Of a DNA stretch of 64,000 bases, positions 33,270 through 47,200 are shown piece by piece. Each line of letters begins with the position of its first letter. The first letter of the stretch is position 1. This stretch comes from Owenia fusiformis (taxonomy: Eukaryota). The DNA lies in assembly GCA_903813345.2 (NCBI GenBank), contig CAIIXF020000001.1, forward strand, positions 31,000,001 through 31,064,000. The letters are read 5' to 3'. Position numbers and translations under genes: made by a program. The notes below the pieces were generated by a model. The model was given only the letters and a program-made list of their open reading frames with translations, was not told where the DNA came from and did not search any database.

Positions 33270-33705
33270 ATTACTCGTTTGATAGTAGGTAGTTACCAGT
33301 TTTGCCACCAGGTGGCTGATTCGGGGGGAAATAACATGGCAGGATATTACAAAATTCCCTTGAACTTGAATATTCATCAATTTTAGTGGCTCACTTTTCA
33401 TATTACCCTTATGTATCTGAAAGTTATACAAATCAAAATATGTGCAGTAACAGAAAATATTATCTGCCCAGCACAAGATATTTCACTTTATTGTGACTTT
33501 ACGACATGGGGTCTATGGGGAATCTCCCCGACCTAGAAAGTCACATTTTCAAAGAAAATTAAATTTTCAAAGTTGATAAACTCTTTTCAAAACCACATTC
33601 TAGAACTAATTTAACGTGTAGATTCCAAATATGACATCAGTTCGACTGAATTTTGAATTTTTAACGTAAACGTAAATCAAGATTATTCTAGTCGCATCTA
33701 GTCTA
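33270..33705 (-). mobile_element. Diverged copy of the MITE at about 7482-7904, opposite orientation
   Basis: ggggtctatggggaatctccccgacctagaaagtcacatttt is the reverse complement of about 7629-7668, and similarity extends on both sides. Confidence 0.7.
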
Positions 33706-35288
33706 TTGAATCACATTTATCAGCACGTTGTGTCATTTAAAGTCATTTAAAATCTCAACAAGCAATAAACAGCTTTTTCTGCTTACAGCTGCAATTCATA
33801 AATGTAGTTAGATGAATTAACGAGATGAAGAATCTTTTTCGAGCTTTGGGCATTTCATAAAAGAAAGTTGAAGTGCAAACGATCGATTGCGCAAGTTGTA
33901 TATATTATTATGAGTCAGCTATGAGCTCTTTAACAATACGTACATTAGGAATAAAGAATCATGTACTAACCGGTACAAATAGTGAGGGCGAAGCCAGAGT
34001 CCATTCATCACTGTGATTTATATCAAGGTATTATACACGAATACTTAAAAATCCAATAAAGAATGACACAAGGTTCTTTATAGTTTATATAAACTATCAT
34101 TCTTTTACAAAAAATGATATTTTTAGTTGTTTATGAAACCACAATTGTAAGTTGTGATGCCGTCACTCTGTTAACTGTCATGGAGTGCTTAGTTCATCAT
34201 GAAACCAATGCATCATGACGACGGCGACACTCTTAACAATCATGGCACTGTTTATGAAACCATGACACAAGTTGTAAAATAAAAGTTCTGCTCAGTTGAC
34301 CACATAGGTTGTTGAGGAATGGAAAACTATTTTTCAACGAATTGAGGCGACAATGTTACTCCTCGTTTTACATTAATTAATGCGCTTCTACCATTTTTCA
34401 AAACGAAAATCATGTAATGCCCCATTAAATGTTTCTATTAATAAATAGAGTCGAGATAGTAGAATTGTGATTGTGCATAGGCATAAGAACGTATTTTAAC
34501 ATCCTGGTTTAATATTTAGGAAATACAGTATTAGACTCCAGATTGAAAAGCGTACTATTCGCAGCTTTAATGGTTAGTTAAAATGGGTCTGGGAAATAAG
34601 GCCAGCTTTTTATTTAGGTTGAAGGTCAAGAACTAGGTCAAATCTTATATTTTCAACATTCTGTCAATTATCTTTGTCATAAGTTATAACTCCTTGATCT
34701 TTTTTCCATCGTATAGCTTTGAAACAGCCCTTTCTTAGGTGTGCCATCCGTTTTTATTTGAATATTCTCACCATATATTTCTGCTTGAACAGAGCTTCTT
34801 TGTTCTTAGGTTTCAGCCACGATCCAATGGCTTCGCCAATGCGATCACGTAACTAAAGTGAGGTATTATTTAGTTGATTCTGTCATCTGCTGAACTATTT
34901 GTTCGCAAACGTACATAGATTTTCTTAAACAACACCTTTGTAATAAAATTGTCGTAGAGATTCTCCCTACAACCCGCGAAATGAGGGAAAAAATCGTATC
35001 TTCGAGGTTCCGACATTTTGTTTCTGAAACGGATTCGTTTGGTCTCTAGTTTGAAGAGTGCAGTACCAGTGAATAAAGGACAATAAACTATGGTTTTAAA
35101 GGATTCTTTATAGAACAGAACCAATGAGATCGTAGATAAAACAAAGAAATCATCTGATTGGTGCAATGTTATATCCTGTGCGCCAATCAGACGATTTTTG
35201 TTTTTCGAATAGAATAAAGGTTCACTGATACCAGTGTGATTGAGAATCATACTGGTAAGCGAGTGTGATGAATACAAGACCTAAAAAT

Positions 35289-38200
35289 ATGGCATCGTCG
35301 TTTCGTATGACTTTGCTATTCGCTATTCTATTTGGAAATGTGAAATATGAAGCGGCGCTGGAGACCATTGATATCGACACCAGCCTGACGTTGGACAACA
35401 GTCCTTACACGTTTTCGACCAACGTAAGTTCATTGTTTATGTTTAAAGTTATGCCTAGCTCACATGAGCTCCTATTCATCGCACGGGCACCGGCCGATTA
35501 GTATTTTTCAACATCGTACGGGCGCCTGCCGATCACCGGCAACAATTGCCGATGACATCATATAGGCGCCGGGAGAATTTTATCTCGGACAGAAAAGTCT
35601 CGCCGATTTTTTCCTCAATCAAACTCATTGTAGGCTACCTTGCCGGCGCCCGTACGGTATTTAGGTCGAAAATTGATGATAAATTTGATGAATTTTTGAA
35701 AAAACGTCATTCCCATGTAAACCAATCTGTTGATGTAAAATGGCCCGAGGCCTCATTATCAGTTGGTCGCAACGCAGAATCGCATGCGTTGCACTACGCA
35801 ACGCAACGCATCGCATCGCATACATTTCATAAAAAACATAATTACCACTTTGACGCAACGCAGTTCTGACGCAAGATTATAAATTTTCTGAACGCAAATG
35901 AACTCATATTTGCGATTCTTTTTACCCTGCCGCAAATCAAAACGCAAATGTAGTGCATCTTTAAACTCTATTTCTTATATGTTAACGGTTTTTTCCGTTT
36001 TTTTGTGAATCATCTCATTACCTATTAAGTTAACAATAGCTTTATCGAAGGAATGATTCAATCATATCTATATTATATCATTGAAACATACATTTTGTCA
36101 AGCTTGTAAATCCTTCAAGAATATCATGTTTGTTTCCAAACAATGCGAACGCATCGCATATATCGTCTGCAAATAGCACTCCGGAAGCTGCGGGAATAAA
36201 TATGTTCCACTTCTTTTTGAATGTTCCACTTCTTTTTGAATCGACACCACAATCGCATAGGACTGAGAATATTTCGAGATAGAATCAATCCAATTGATAC
36301 ACTAGATTATTCTGAGATGTTGCAAAGGTATAGAATGCCGAGAGCATTGGTGATGGAGTTGATAAACTTGTTTGAACCAGAATACAATGCCTTCAATACA
36401 AACTTGTTTTAAACGTTACACCAAATAACCAATTTTTAACTCGAAAGAAAATAAAAAATTCAAATTTATGCGACTTTTGTAAAAACGATAAAATAGATGA
36501 TACGATACACTTCTTCATAGAGTGCCCAAACTCTTCCAAGATTTGGGATGACTTTAAAAAAATGTTCAATATTGATCTTACAATTAAAGACATAATTGTC
36601 GGGAAATTAGATCAAGAACGCGACCACACTTCAAAAGCAATTAATTTTTGCATATTGTATATAAAAAGCTTAATACATAAATCAAGACTCGTTAATACTA
36701 AAATAACATTTATGCAAATAAAAGAAATCATAAAATACAAAATCAATGACGAACGAAATATTGCAAACTTAAATGGCACACTGGAAAGTTTCGGCGAGAC
36801 TTGGAGATGGGTTATAGATAGATTAAACCAACAGCATTGAATTTTTTGTTTTACTTTATACCCTTTTATATTAAAATATTGTCAGCACAATACGATTGAA
36901 AGATAATCGTATTGCATGTATTGTATTTTCAAATGGTACCCTTTTAAATTAAGTTAAATTAAATACTCTGAATGGAGATGGTCTGAAAAGCTTAAAAACA
37001 TATAACTGTTAAATATAAATATGTAATAATATTATTGAATATTCAATGTATATGGATTTGATCTGTATGTATATTATGTATAATGTTTTGTGTAAGAAAG
37101 ATGCAATAAAAAAAAAAAAAAAAGGTTATTGATGATCGTGATGATATAAGAATTTTTTTCGAGAAAATACGATATTGGCCTCGGAAAATATCATATTGCT
37201 GTTGACACATTAACAGAACTACCTAGCGGAGACATAAGGGTTATGTACTGGGAGGTTTTGGATACAGGTTTTATCCCAAGGGAAATATGTGTATATCCCG
37301 AGGGACCGCAGGGACCGAGGGATATACACATATTTCCCGAGGGATAAACCCTGTATCCAAAACCGACCGTACATAACAGATGTATTTCATACCTACTGAT
37401 GTTCTAGGTACGTCATATACCTTATAAAGTTCCAAAATTCAAAAATATACTTAAAATACGCATTTTCTTTGATTGATTTGATTGAAAAAATATTTGGAAA
37501 AAAATTTGGAAAAAATGTGAAAACATGTGAAAACATTTTTTTGAAAAAGAATGTGAAAAAATCTTTTGGAAGAAATGGGAAATTTTTTTTTGAAAAATAA
37601 TCTGAAAAAAATTCAAAAAAAGAATTTGAAAAAAATGTTGAAAAAAATTATGAAAAAAAATTTCAGGAGCGGGACCGGGATGGATACAGCGTGTATCCAT
37701 CCCGCCCTGGGCCTTGGCTAGATACAGTATATATTCCCGCTCGTTATGTACCTAGAACCTCAGTCGGTATGAAATACAATAAAATATGTGCCTCTTTTTC
37801 AATGAGACATATTAATAACTCTTGCTCTTGGAATGACAAATTTCTTGCTCAAGACATCGTTCTACTCTTATTCTTTGTGTGCACTGTGCAATGAGTGAGC
37901 GTTCAATATTGGTTTACATTTTGCATTTTTCGCGCATTTTTCTGGTATAAATAGCAACCAATCAAATCACACTTTGTTGAACAATAATTTGATTTCCTCT
38001 CAATTTCAATCAATCAACGTCAAGAAGTGGCGCGGAGGTCGATTTGTATTTCCCGCCAAATTTCACTTGAGACTTGCGTTCGCTACTTTGCGGCTCTATT
38101 GTTTTGCGTTTGCGATTGCGCTCAACAACTCAAGCGTTGCGTTCTGCGATCGCTGTCGCAACGCAGACGCAACGCACATAGTTTGCGATCAACTGATAAT

Positions 38201-41200
38201 GAGGCCTCCGGTCTCTAATCTCTATCAAATATATTTATTAATTTTTTTTATCAAAGTGCTCTTTATATATATATTGGGGAAATGCTAAGCTAATCTAATT
38301 AAAGAATATTGCTATCATAGTTGAGAATTTGTGTAAAAATGTGACATAAACTATCATATTTATCCGACAACTCCGGGGTTTGTGGCGATGTCGAATTAAA
38401 ATGTCAATAAACTCGGGAATTTAAAAGATATGTACCTGAAATTCACGTCAGTTAATCCTAAATATATGTTTAATTAGTGCACCAAATTTGAAGAAAAATC
38501 ACGCATGCCTCATGCCTTCCTCAAAAATGAGTTCTGGGACACCCTCTGTATATCATAAGCATTAGAAACCATTCTCACCAGAATGTTAATTTTAACAGCA
38601 GAATGATGATACTCCCTGGAGTAAGTCATTCAAAATGGTAGACAAAATTCGATATCGAAACCTTCCATTTCAAATAAACTAAACTAAATCTGGATTTGAA
38701 ATATTTTGTCATGCAAACTAATAATCTTCTGGTTGTAAAAACGTACAGCATTAAATTGGCGACTCCACGGAGTTGCAAATCCAACGAAATCATGAATCTA
38801 TACAGTCACAATGTAGTATTTACCATCTACTCTTCCCTTCAATACATATTTGAGATCATTGTAGTGTCATAGCATGTAACCCCCCCTTTCACACCAAACT
38901 AGTTCTTACCCGTTCTTGCCAGTCCTACAAAAACGTCGTAAAACGGGCCCAATCTGGCTGTGGTCGGGAAATATTTCTAAAATAATCAGCTACTTCATTC
39001 ATAAACAGTCTTCAATACGTCCATCTCATTCGCAGTTCGTTCAGGCCGCTCTAAGTTCTGAACCTACTCGTTCTAGTAGTTTTATGAAGTTTGTAAACAG
39101 ATCCAAAACGGTTCTCAATTGGTTCTTAGTACGTTAAATCCGTTCGTGCACAGTTTAAGCCCGTTTTCGAGAACGTAGTGAGAACTAGTTTGGTGTGATA
39201 GTAGGGTAACAAACCTTGCTTTAAAAATATTTTTAAGTAATGGCGAATTCCTTCTCTAGGCAGGCATTTTGAATTTTCTGAAACACAAATGAAAAAAACA
39301 ATACCACGAAGTCTATAATTGTGATCTACTCTAAAATTCCTTCCTTCAATTTGAGTATGATATCTCTTCGAAGAGATCAGAAAATTATTGCGAAATCCCA
39401 CATTAGACGGCCATTTTGAATTTTACGATGCCCGAATAAAAAACGAGGAATATTTGCAATCTACTCTAAATTGCCTTTCATTTGAATAGATAAAGCTATA
39501 TTTTAAAAACATCTCAAAATAATAAGATGTACGTGTACATATGCTTAAACCTTTCCGTTCACGTTTACGTTTTGAAAAACAGTGCAAGCTTGACATATGT
39601 AATGAATCATAATTTTCTATACCGTACCAGGTGTGCCTCTTTTCATACTGCATTTAGCATTCATTTTGGTATTTTTGATAAACCGATCTTTTATTCAGTT
39701 GCATATCCAGGCATCACTTAACTGATATTCCTTGAAGACCTCGAAGGGGCGTGAAATCAAATTTATGTAATGTCGTTACGAACTCCAGGAATGAATAGAG
39801 ATATACTTCACGTACTGCGAAATTGGTTTGACCTCTAATATCCCAGAACATTTTTCATGTGTTGTCAGTATTTTTCTCATATGCAAAATATTATTTTCCC
39901 ATTCGTATGTTTGCAACATTTGACGAAATGAGATTACTGTTTAAGTATAAACTCTACTGAAGTAAACAAAAATGATGGTTCAAAAATCTCCAGTTATATT
40001 TTCAGAAATATCTCAAGAACGTGCGCTTTTTACAATTTTTCTATGACTTTTATACGAATTCTGGAAACGGAGATAAGCGATATCCACTCATGGATAAAAA
40101 TAGTATTCCTCAAAATAGGATGTCCTCTATTTATATATACCAAATTGCCATTAGTAATGTCCTAAATATAAAGATTTAAACGATTTGTTTAATATCTGCC
40201 TTTTTCATCTAGCTGAACATAACTGAGAAAGGAAAGCTGACTGTCCAACCTGGTGTCATAGTGCAGTTTGATCCAGGAGCCTCAGTTCAAGTCCATGGGG
40301 TATTACAGGTGGTTGGACAGCGTGGCCAAGAGATAAATTTATCGTGGTTATCGGGTAAGTTCTTCAATACTTCTTGGTTTTGTTTTTAAAGGCTGTGCCT
40401 AGCTCGACATTCCAGTGCGGGATAAAATATTTTGAGCAAATTTTAGTTATAACATGTACACCCTTTGTTTTAATTGTTTTTAAGGAGATGATTCATGCCG
40501 AATACATTTACATCGAGGGAGCATAATCTCGGCAAACTATGTAAATATACACGGATGTCAACTTAGTATGGATGAATACGCGGCGCCATTAGTTTTACAA
40601 CACGTGACTGTCATGGAATCCCCAGGAAATGGACTACAAATAAAACGAATGAGCAATCCAGTAACAATCTCTGATTCATCATTCACCAACAACACCCTCA
40701 GTGGCATTCGAGTGGAGACTTACGTTGGTCAGGTGAACATAGAGCGCGTCGAGGCATCTGGTAACGGTGAAACGGGCATCACATACATACGATTACTCCC
40801 GCCTCCTCCTCTGAGAAAGACGATGCTTTGTACACCTGGGGTGAAGATGACTCAGTTATCTCCAGGAGAAGCTATCGAAGTGACTGTAGACTCCACACAT
40901 AAAGACGCGAGAAGTGGGTGTTCTCAAGTAAGTACCATTTCCCATGATATCGGCATATTTTTAAAAAATATATCAAATCGATTTACAGATCATTGAATAT
41001 GTAAAATTATTTGTTTGGAGCATTTTCGTTAGAATAGATGTGCGCTTGAGATGCACTGGTGATCCATTCGATTACGCTGGTACCGTTTCGGTAACAAAAT
41101 GTCGGGACATCGAAGGTAGGATTTTTAACACAAACGTGTATCAGTATCATATGTTAAGAAAATGTACATATTTGCGAACAAATAGTTCAGAGACAACAGA

Positions 41201-44200
41201 ATCGTCGATTTAATTCCTCACTTAAGTTACAGAAACGGTATTTTGAAAAACAGTTAAGATCTGCACTTTTAACCCAAACCGTTCTGTAACTTAAGTGAGG
41301 AATTAAATCGACGATTCTGTTGTCTTCTGAGCTAATTTTTCGCAAACATGTACATTTTCTAAAATATATGATACTGATATACGTTTGTGAGAAAAAACGT
41401 CGTGGGGATTCTGGCTACAACGCGTGAACTAAGGAAAAAAAGAAAAATCGCACCTTCAATGTTCCGACATTTTGTTACCGTTTCGGTAACCAGCGTAATC
41501 GAGCGGATCACAAGTGAGATGTAGAATCAATGGATTTGAACCAATAAAGAATATTTGTACGAGACTAAAAATTGCAAAAGAGCAAATGAGTATAATAGCA
41601 TTATGTTATTAGAAAATTGAAGATGCCAAAACAGTAGTTATAATTTAGTTGAAAATCTGAATGATTTTCATGCAAATCTAATAACTTTTTTAGAGTTTCA
41701 AAACTGTCGAAGGTTGGAACGTACTTGCCTCATTCAGAAGCATTGATGCTACAAGGTTTAGTTCTAATACTGGATATAATAGATTAGACATTAGGGATGG
41801 GAACGGGACCAGAGGAAGGCTCATAAGACAAATACACCTGGTAAGAAGTCGAAAAGCGTATACACCTGACATGTCAAGCACTGGTGGAGAATTGTGGTTC
41901 CGATTGAATTCACAGTCTTACTATTATCGAGTCCGAGCAACAATCTTGATTCGATCAATTAGAAGTGGAGGTAATTGATTCACTAATATGTCATCAATTT
42001 TGATATCTTGGGGTCTAGATCTACGTAAGCATTGGTTCAGATACTTCTTTAGAAAATTAAAAATTGACTGTACGGAAATCACAAGAAATGCAATAATTAT
42101 GGTACAAAATGTAAAATGATGAACATGTTAAAGACTTGTACGGTATATATGGTTATTGTTGATTTGAAATATCCAAACCCTGAAAGAGCAAAATTGTCAC
42201 AATGTAATTTACCCAGCATGCTCAAAACCTAATCTGCCGTTGGCACTACAGTGTATATAAAAAATTAATTTGTGTAGTGGTCAGTATGTGGTCTTGGGTC
42301 CTATTACCTCTTAGTATTGTTTTAACTCTAGAGATAAGTTTGCCTCTGGTATCATCATAGGTATGACGTGCACGGACCTGGGGACAATTCGGGAAATACG
42401 GGGTAATCTCAGCTTTAAGCGTTAATATCTGCCTTATTTAAAAAGCTAACTATGTGCATTATATATCATTTTGAAGTATTTTTTATTCGCATTTCACTGA
42501 AATTATTTTTCCATGGAAAGTGTGATAGGATCTACCATATTTTTGAAGTTAAATGTACTCCGACATCGTCAAATGCGCTGTAAGGCGGTAACATTTCAAG
42601 CTTACACGGTTCGTTGAAATCGGGATAACTTTTGAAATACTGATCAGAATTTTACTAAAATTTCACATTTTATTCATTGAAACGTGTGATTTTATGACGT
42701 CACAATTGCCTAGCGGCTACAGTTCAAATCGTCTTATATGAACGCTTTTAAGATTTTCAAAATTGTGTAAGGTTTTGAAGGCGAATGAGACTAGCAATAA
42801 GTTTACCTTTATTTAACCTTCTAATTTAGGTCTGATTTCAAAAAAAATTTAACTGCACAATATTGTCATGGCGGAATTTACAAAACAATAACCGATTTCT
42901 TTATTTTTCAAATAATAAGAGAATAAGAGTTGCTTTTAGAGACTTGAAAAAATGTAACGCATCGATTTTTTACCACAAATCCCATACATATCAATTTTTA
43001 CTAACGCCCCGACTTCCTGACCGTTTTTCAAAAATCAAAAACATTTTAGAAATATTGTCCTCGAGATCTTGTTGCTCTGTTAATTTTACCAGGATTTAAT
43101 AAGAATAAAGCATCTTATTTTTAGGTTGACTAAACTTGACAAAATGTAACGCTTGTCGTTTTTGACGTTATAATGCTGATTGCGCCCATTGTAAATGTTT
43201 TGGTATTTTGACGCCATAATGTTACTCTAATTGTCCCCAGTTTCGTACGTGTAAGGGTATTTCATAAAAAGGTCAGGGATCTAAAAATAGTCGTATTCAC
43301 TCACTTGTTCTATTTTAGTTATTCATTAGAAATTCAGAAGCATGACATAATTCGTTTATACCTTTGACCGAGAATATTTTTGCCATTCTCCTCCATTTTT
43401 CGAAATCTGGCACTCCTGGCTTTAACTCAATTGATTATTCCACTTTTGAGATAACAGTCTCATCTATAAATAGAATAGAAAGTTATCAAAATGACTTCAT
43501 AATTCAACCTAGCCACCATTTTTATTAAAAATCCTATGTTTTTACTCAAGAACAAAATTCCATTGTGGGATCCACAGTCTCTATTATCCCTTAGAATAGC
43601 TTGAGATAAAGAGAACTGATCAATCAGAATGACAATATTCTAAATTGATGCATTTTTAAGTGGAGATATTTTACGCGATTTTGACGAATCATTTACAAAA
43701 TGGCACATTCGAAATAGTTATTTAGATGGATGTAGCTTTTGCTATAATGGAGAATTGAGATTCTTTCTTCTTCGACGAGAATGTTGAGAAATTAATTAGA
43801 GATGATTATCTACCATGCCAGACCCAAATAATTAATCCGAACATTTCAATAATGTTTCCTTTGCTAATAGGTGATGGGATGAAAGAAGATATCAAAATAA
43901 AGTCATCCAATTTTACGAAAAATGGTCATGGTGGATTTTTCATTGTTGAAGCAAGAAAACATATTGCCATTGAGAAAGTGGAACTTTTTGGAAATTGCTA
44001 CAGACAACATGTAAACAGAATTACCCAAAATTGTACGGCTATCATAGGTGGCGCCTCTACCATATCTGTGGTGCAGTCTACCTTTGACAATGACTATTTC
44101 AAGATAACTCCAGATGGTCGAGATGTAAACATTGAAAATTGTGTTTTTATAAACAATGTGTATGGTTTGTATTTTGGACTTGATGAATCGATCGGAGCAT

Positions 44201-47200
44201 CTTGTATAGCAGGACGACGCATCTTTTTCAACTTAACAGAGAACCTGTTTGAACGAAACGAAAATGGAATTATAAAAAACCCTAGGTATCGATCAGTTTA
44301 TATTTGGACTGAATCACTAAAAATGAAAAACAATAGATTCATCAGTAATTCCGAAACAGCTGTGATGGTCTCAGAATCTTATTGTTCTTCATGTACAGCT
44401 ACAATTGAAAGAAACGTATTTCAGAATAACCAAAACACACTTTTACTGGATGGGTACCCATACAAATATACATATATTACAAACAATCAATTTACTGAGA
44501 ATCATGGAAATTACGTTTTGAACTTAAAAGACTCGTCTCAACGATTGAAAATATTCAACAACAGTTTTACCAACAATATCATTCGCTCTATTACACGGAC
44601 ACGATACGGAGATTCAGCAGTAATTTTGCAAGAATGTGAGTACTCAACACTACAATACAATTCCTTCCACAACCCCGAGAGTGACTTACAAGTTGTGGTT
44701 TTTCCTACTCGATATTCCTCCTGGTCAATCTCCATGGATGCCACATATAACTATTGGGGCAGTAGTGATTTAAAGTCTATTCAAAATGGCATTATGGATC
44801 AACAAAGACGTTACGATTTGCGTCTTACCTTGCAAATACTACCCTACTATATTGACCGTACAATGACAACGACGGGAAACGAAACTGTATCACTCTACTC
44901 ACGAACAGAAGGCAGCGTAATTGGTGGAGCTGTAACAGAACACATGGTTTTGTATAACAGGGAATACCGAATCACAGATGACATTCATGTTTACCCAAAT
45001 GTTACACTAGTGATCACTGCTGGAGCGAGACTGATGTTTGATGATTATATTGGTATGATCGTTCAAGGGCAGTTGATAGCTGAGGGTACAGTAAAAGATC
45101 AGATTGTCATGAATGCCAGTGTAGGTTGGATGGGAATACGGTTTTCTCTTTCCGCACAACGGGGCATCCTTCGCCATATTATATTCGATGGATGCGGAAA
45201 ACGAGACGTTAGCCCACTAGTGAATTGTATTGTAAGCGATGTCGGTAAACATGAAATGGACCACTTGTTATTCGAAAACTGTCATTCCAGCTATTCTGTT
45301 GACTTGTATCATTCTGATCCCGTGTATACTCCAAATATTCATAACATTCGGTCAAATCGAGGCATTTTTATCCGTAGTCTTGACACCAAAATATCAGATT
45401 CGATTTTTGATGGTGGTGAGAAGGCAATTGGAATACAACCAGAGACAGGATATAGTGCACAAACGCAAGCTTACTTTCTTCAGCAGAATTCGCTACAGGT
45501 ATGCTTCCAAAGCAAGGACAGAGACATATTTCTGTCCACATTTGAGACTCTTGTCTTTGATACACGTAAATATCGATGCTCTGGAAAAAATGTTACGTTC
45601 ACCACGGGACCAAACAATAGAATATCATTTCAACTTGTTTATGTTTCTTCGTTTTACATTTCGGATGTCATTAGAGTTCGTGAAAATGGTTCAACAACGG
45701 AGATATCAAGGCGTAATTTGAAAACCTGGGTCATTTCTAGTGCCAATGAAATAGTATTTGATTTTGGAGGATGTGTTTCATGCCAGTTTAGTGCTATAAT
45801 TTCAAGTGTGGAGGAAGAAAGTGTCCCGATAATGAAGCAGTTACCAGACATTGAAATTCGAAACATAAGTGCAACTTCAGATCATAACTATGGAATATAC
45901 ATCTATGATAATATGTATAATTCTCAATTCAAGCCATGGAATTATTTAGGACGGCAAGTCACGGAATTCAGGGTCCCATTTTATGTCAAAATTGTCAACT
46001 CGTTTTTGCGAGGTACATATGGTTTTCATATGAAAATATATGGGCGAGACAGTAGCAGCGATGGACCGTTTCATGATGTCAACATACATATTGAAAATGT
46101 GATAATAGATAGCTATTATGCTGGGATTGATTTCTACAAATATGGCGGCAGATACCAGGGTGATATGATGGTGATTGTTAAAAATGTAGAAGTGATCAAG
46201 GGACAGTATGGGATGCATTTTTATCAAGCTATTTACTCCTCCGAAGATGTTCGTAATCCTAAAGTTTATATCCAGAACAGTTCATTTTCTCATTGTTCCA
46301 GCGATGCTTTGGTATTGGATGGTGATCGAGCGTCGTTTGAAATAAATCAAAATAAATTCCATGATAACAATAACATATTTGATATCACCGGTCGAGAAAA
46401 GAACCTTACTGTAGCTGATAATTTGATATATGGCAATCGTGGAAGAATCAACTTAGCGATGTTAGAGCATGCTTACATGGACATTCCGAATAAGCCGACA
46501 ACGAGGTTTTACAGAAACATTCTTGAGAACAATACCATAAACAACTGCTTTATAGATATATACGGCGTACAGAATATACAGTTTCAAAACAATAGTCTGA
46601 ATAATCCATCTGCAGGCCAAGAAGTTTGCATAAAATCCTACTCCAATGGTGACAAAAACCGCCTTGACTTTATGAAAAACTACTGGGGAACTACAGAGTT
46701 GTCTGAAATAGAAAAAAGGATAACGCATTTCGCAGATTCTAGCCGATATGCATTGGTCAATTTCGTGCCTTATCTAGACAAGCCCAATGGTATACCAATG
46801 TCGCAAGTTCAATGCCCATTCTCATTCACAACATCCAGTATTGGAGGAATCCTTTGTTCTGACACTACATTACTTCCAAACGAGACTTACATCACTAACG
46901 GGGATATAATAGTTCCAAAAGATATGGTTTTGAAAGTAGGTCCCGGTACAACTATACAGTTTAGTGAAGGCAGCAGGATGCTCATACTCGGAACTCTACT
47001 TGCGGAAGGCACTTTATCAGAACCAGTCATTCTGACATCTTTGAATAACTGGAACGGAGTTTATTTTTCTGTGAACGAGGGCCAAACACAATCGATCATG
47101 TCCTACGTAAAAATTGATTATAGGCGCGGATATTGGTATGATGACAGAGAGCCACTTGTGACAATAGTTGGCAAACCACCACTAATGTCTTTTATCAATC

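Larger units (their letters stand above)
35748..38207 (+). mobile_element. Degenerate PIF/Harbinger transposon with a transposase N-terminal remnant and nested insertions
   Basis: TIR aggcctcattatcagttg.tcgcaa / ttgcgatcaactgataatgaggcct; 3-bp TSD ccg; ORF 36221-36412 RIFRDRINPIDTLDYSEMLQRYRMPRALVMELINL resembles the HARBI1/Harbinger transposase N-terminus. Confidence 0.85.

Noticed and set aside
37422..37700. Phe-rich 92-aa ORF
   Set aside because: Translation of a low-complexity A-rich tract inside a transposon remnant.
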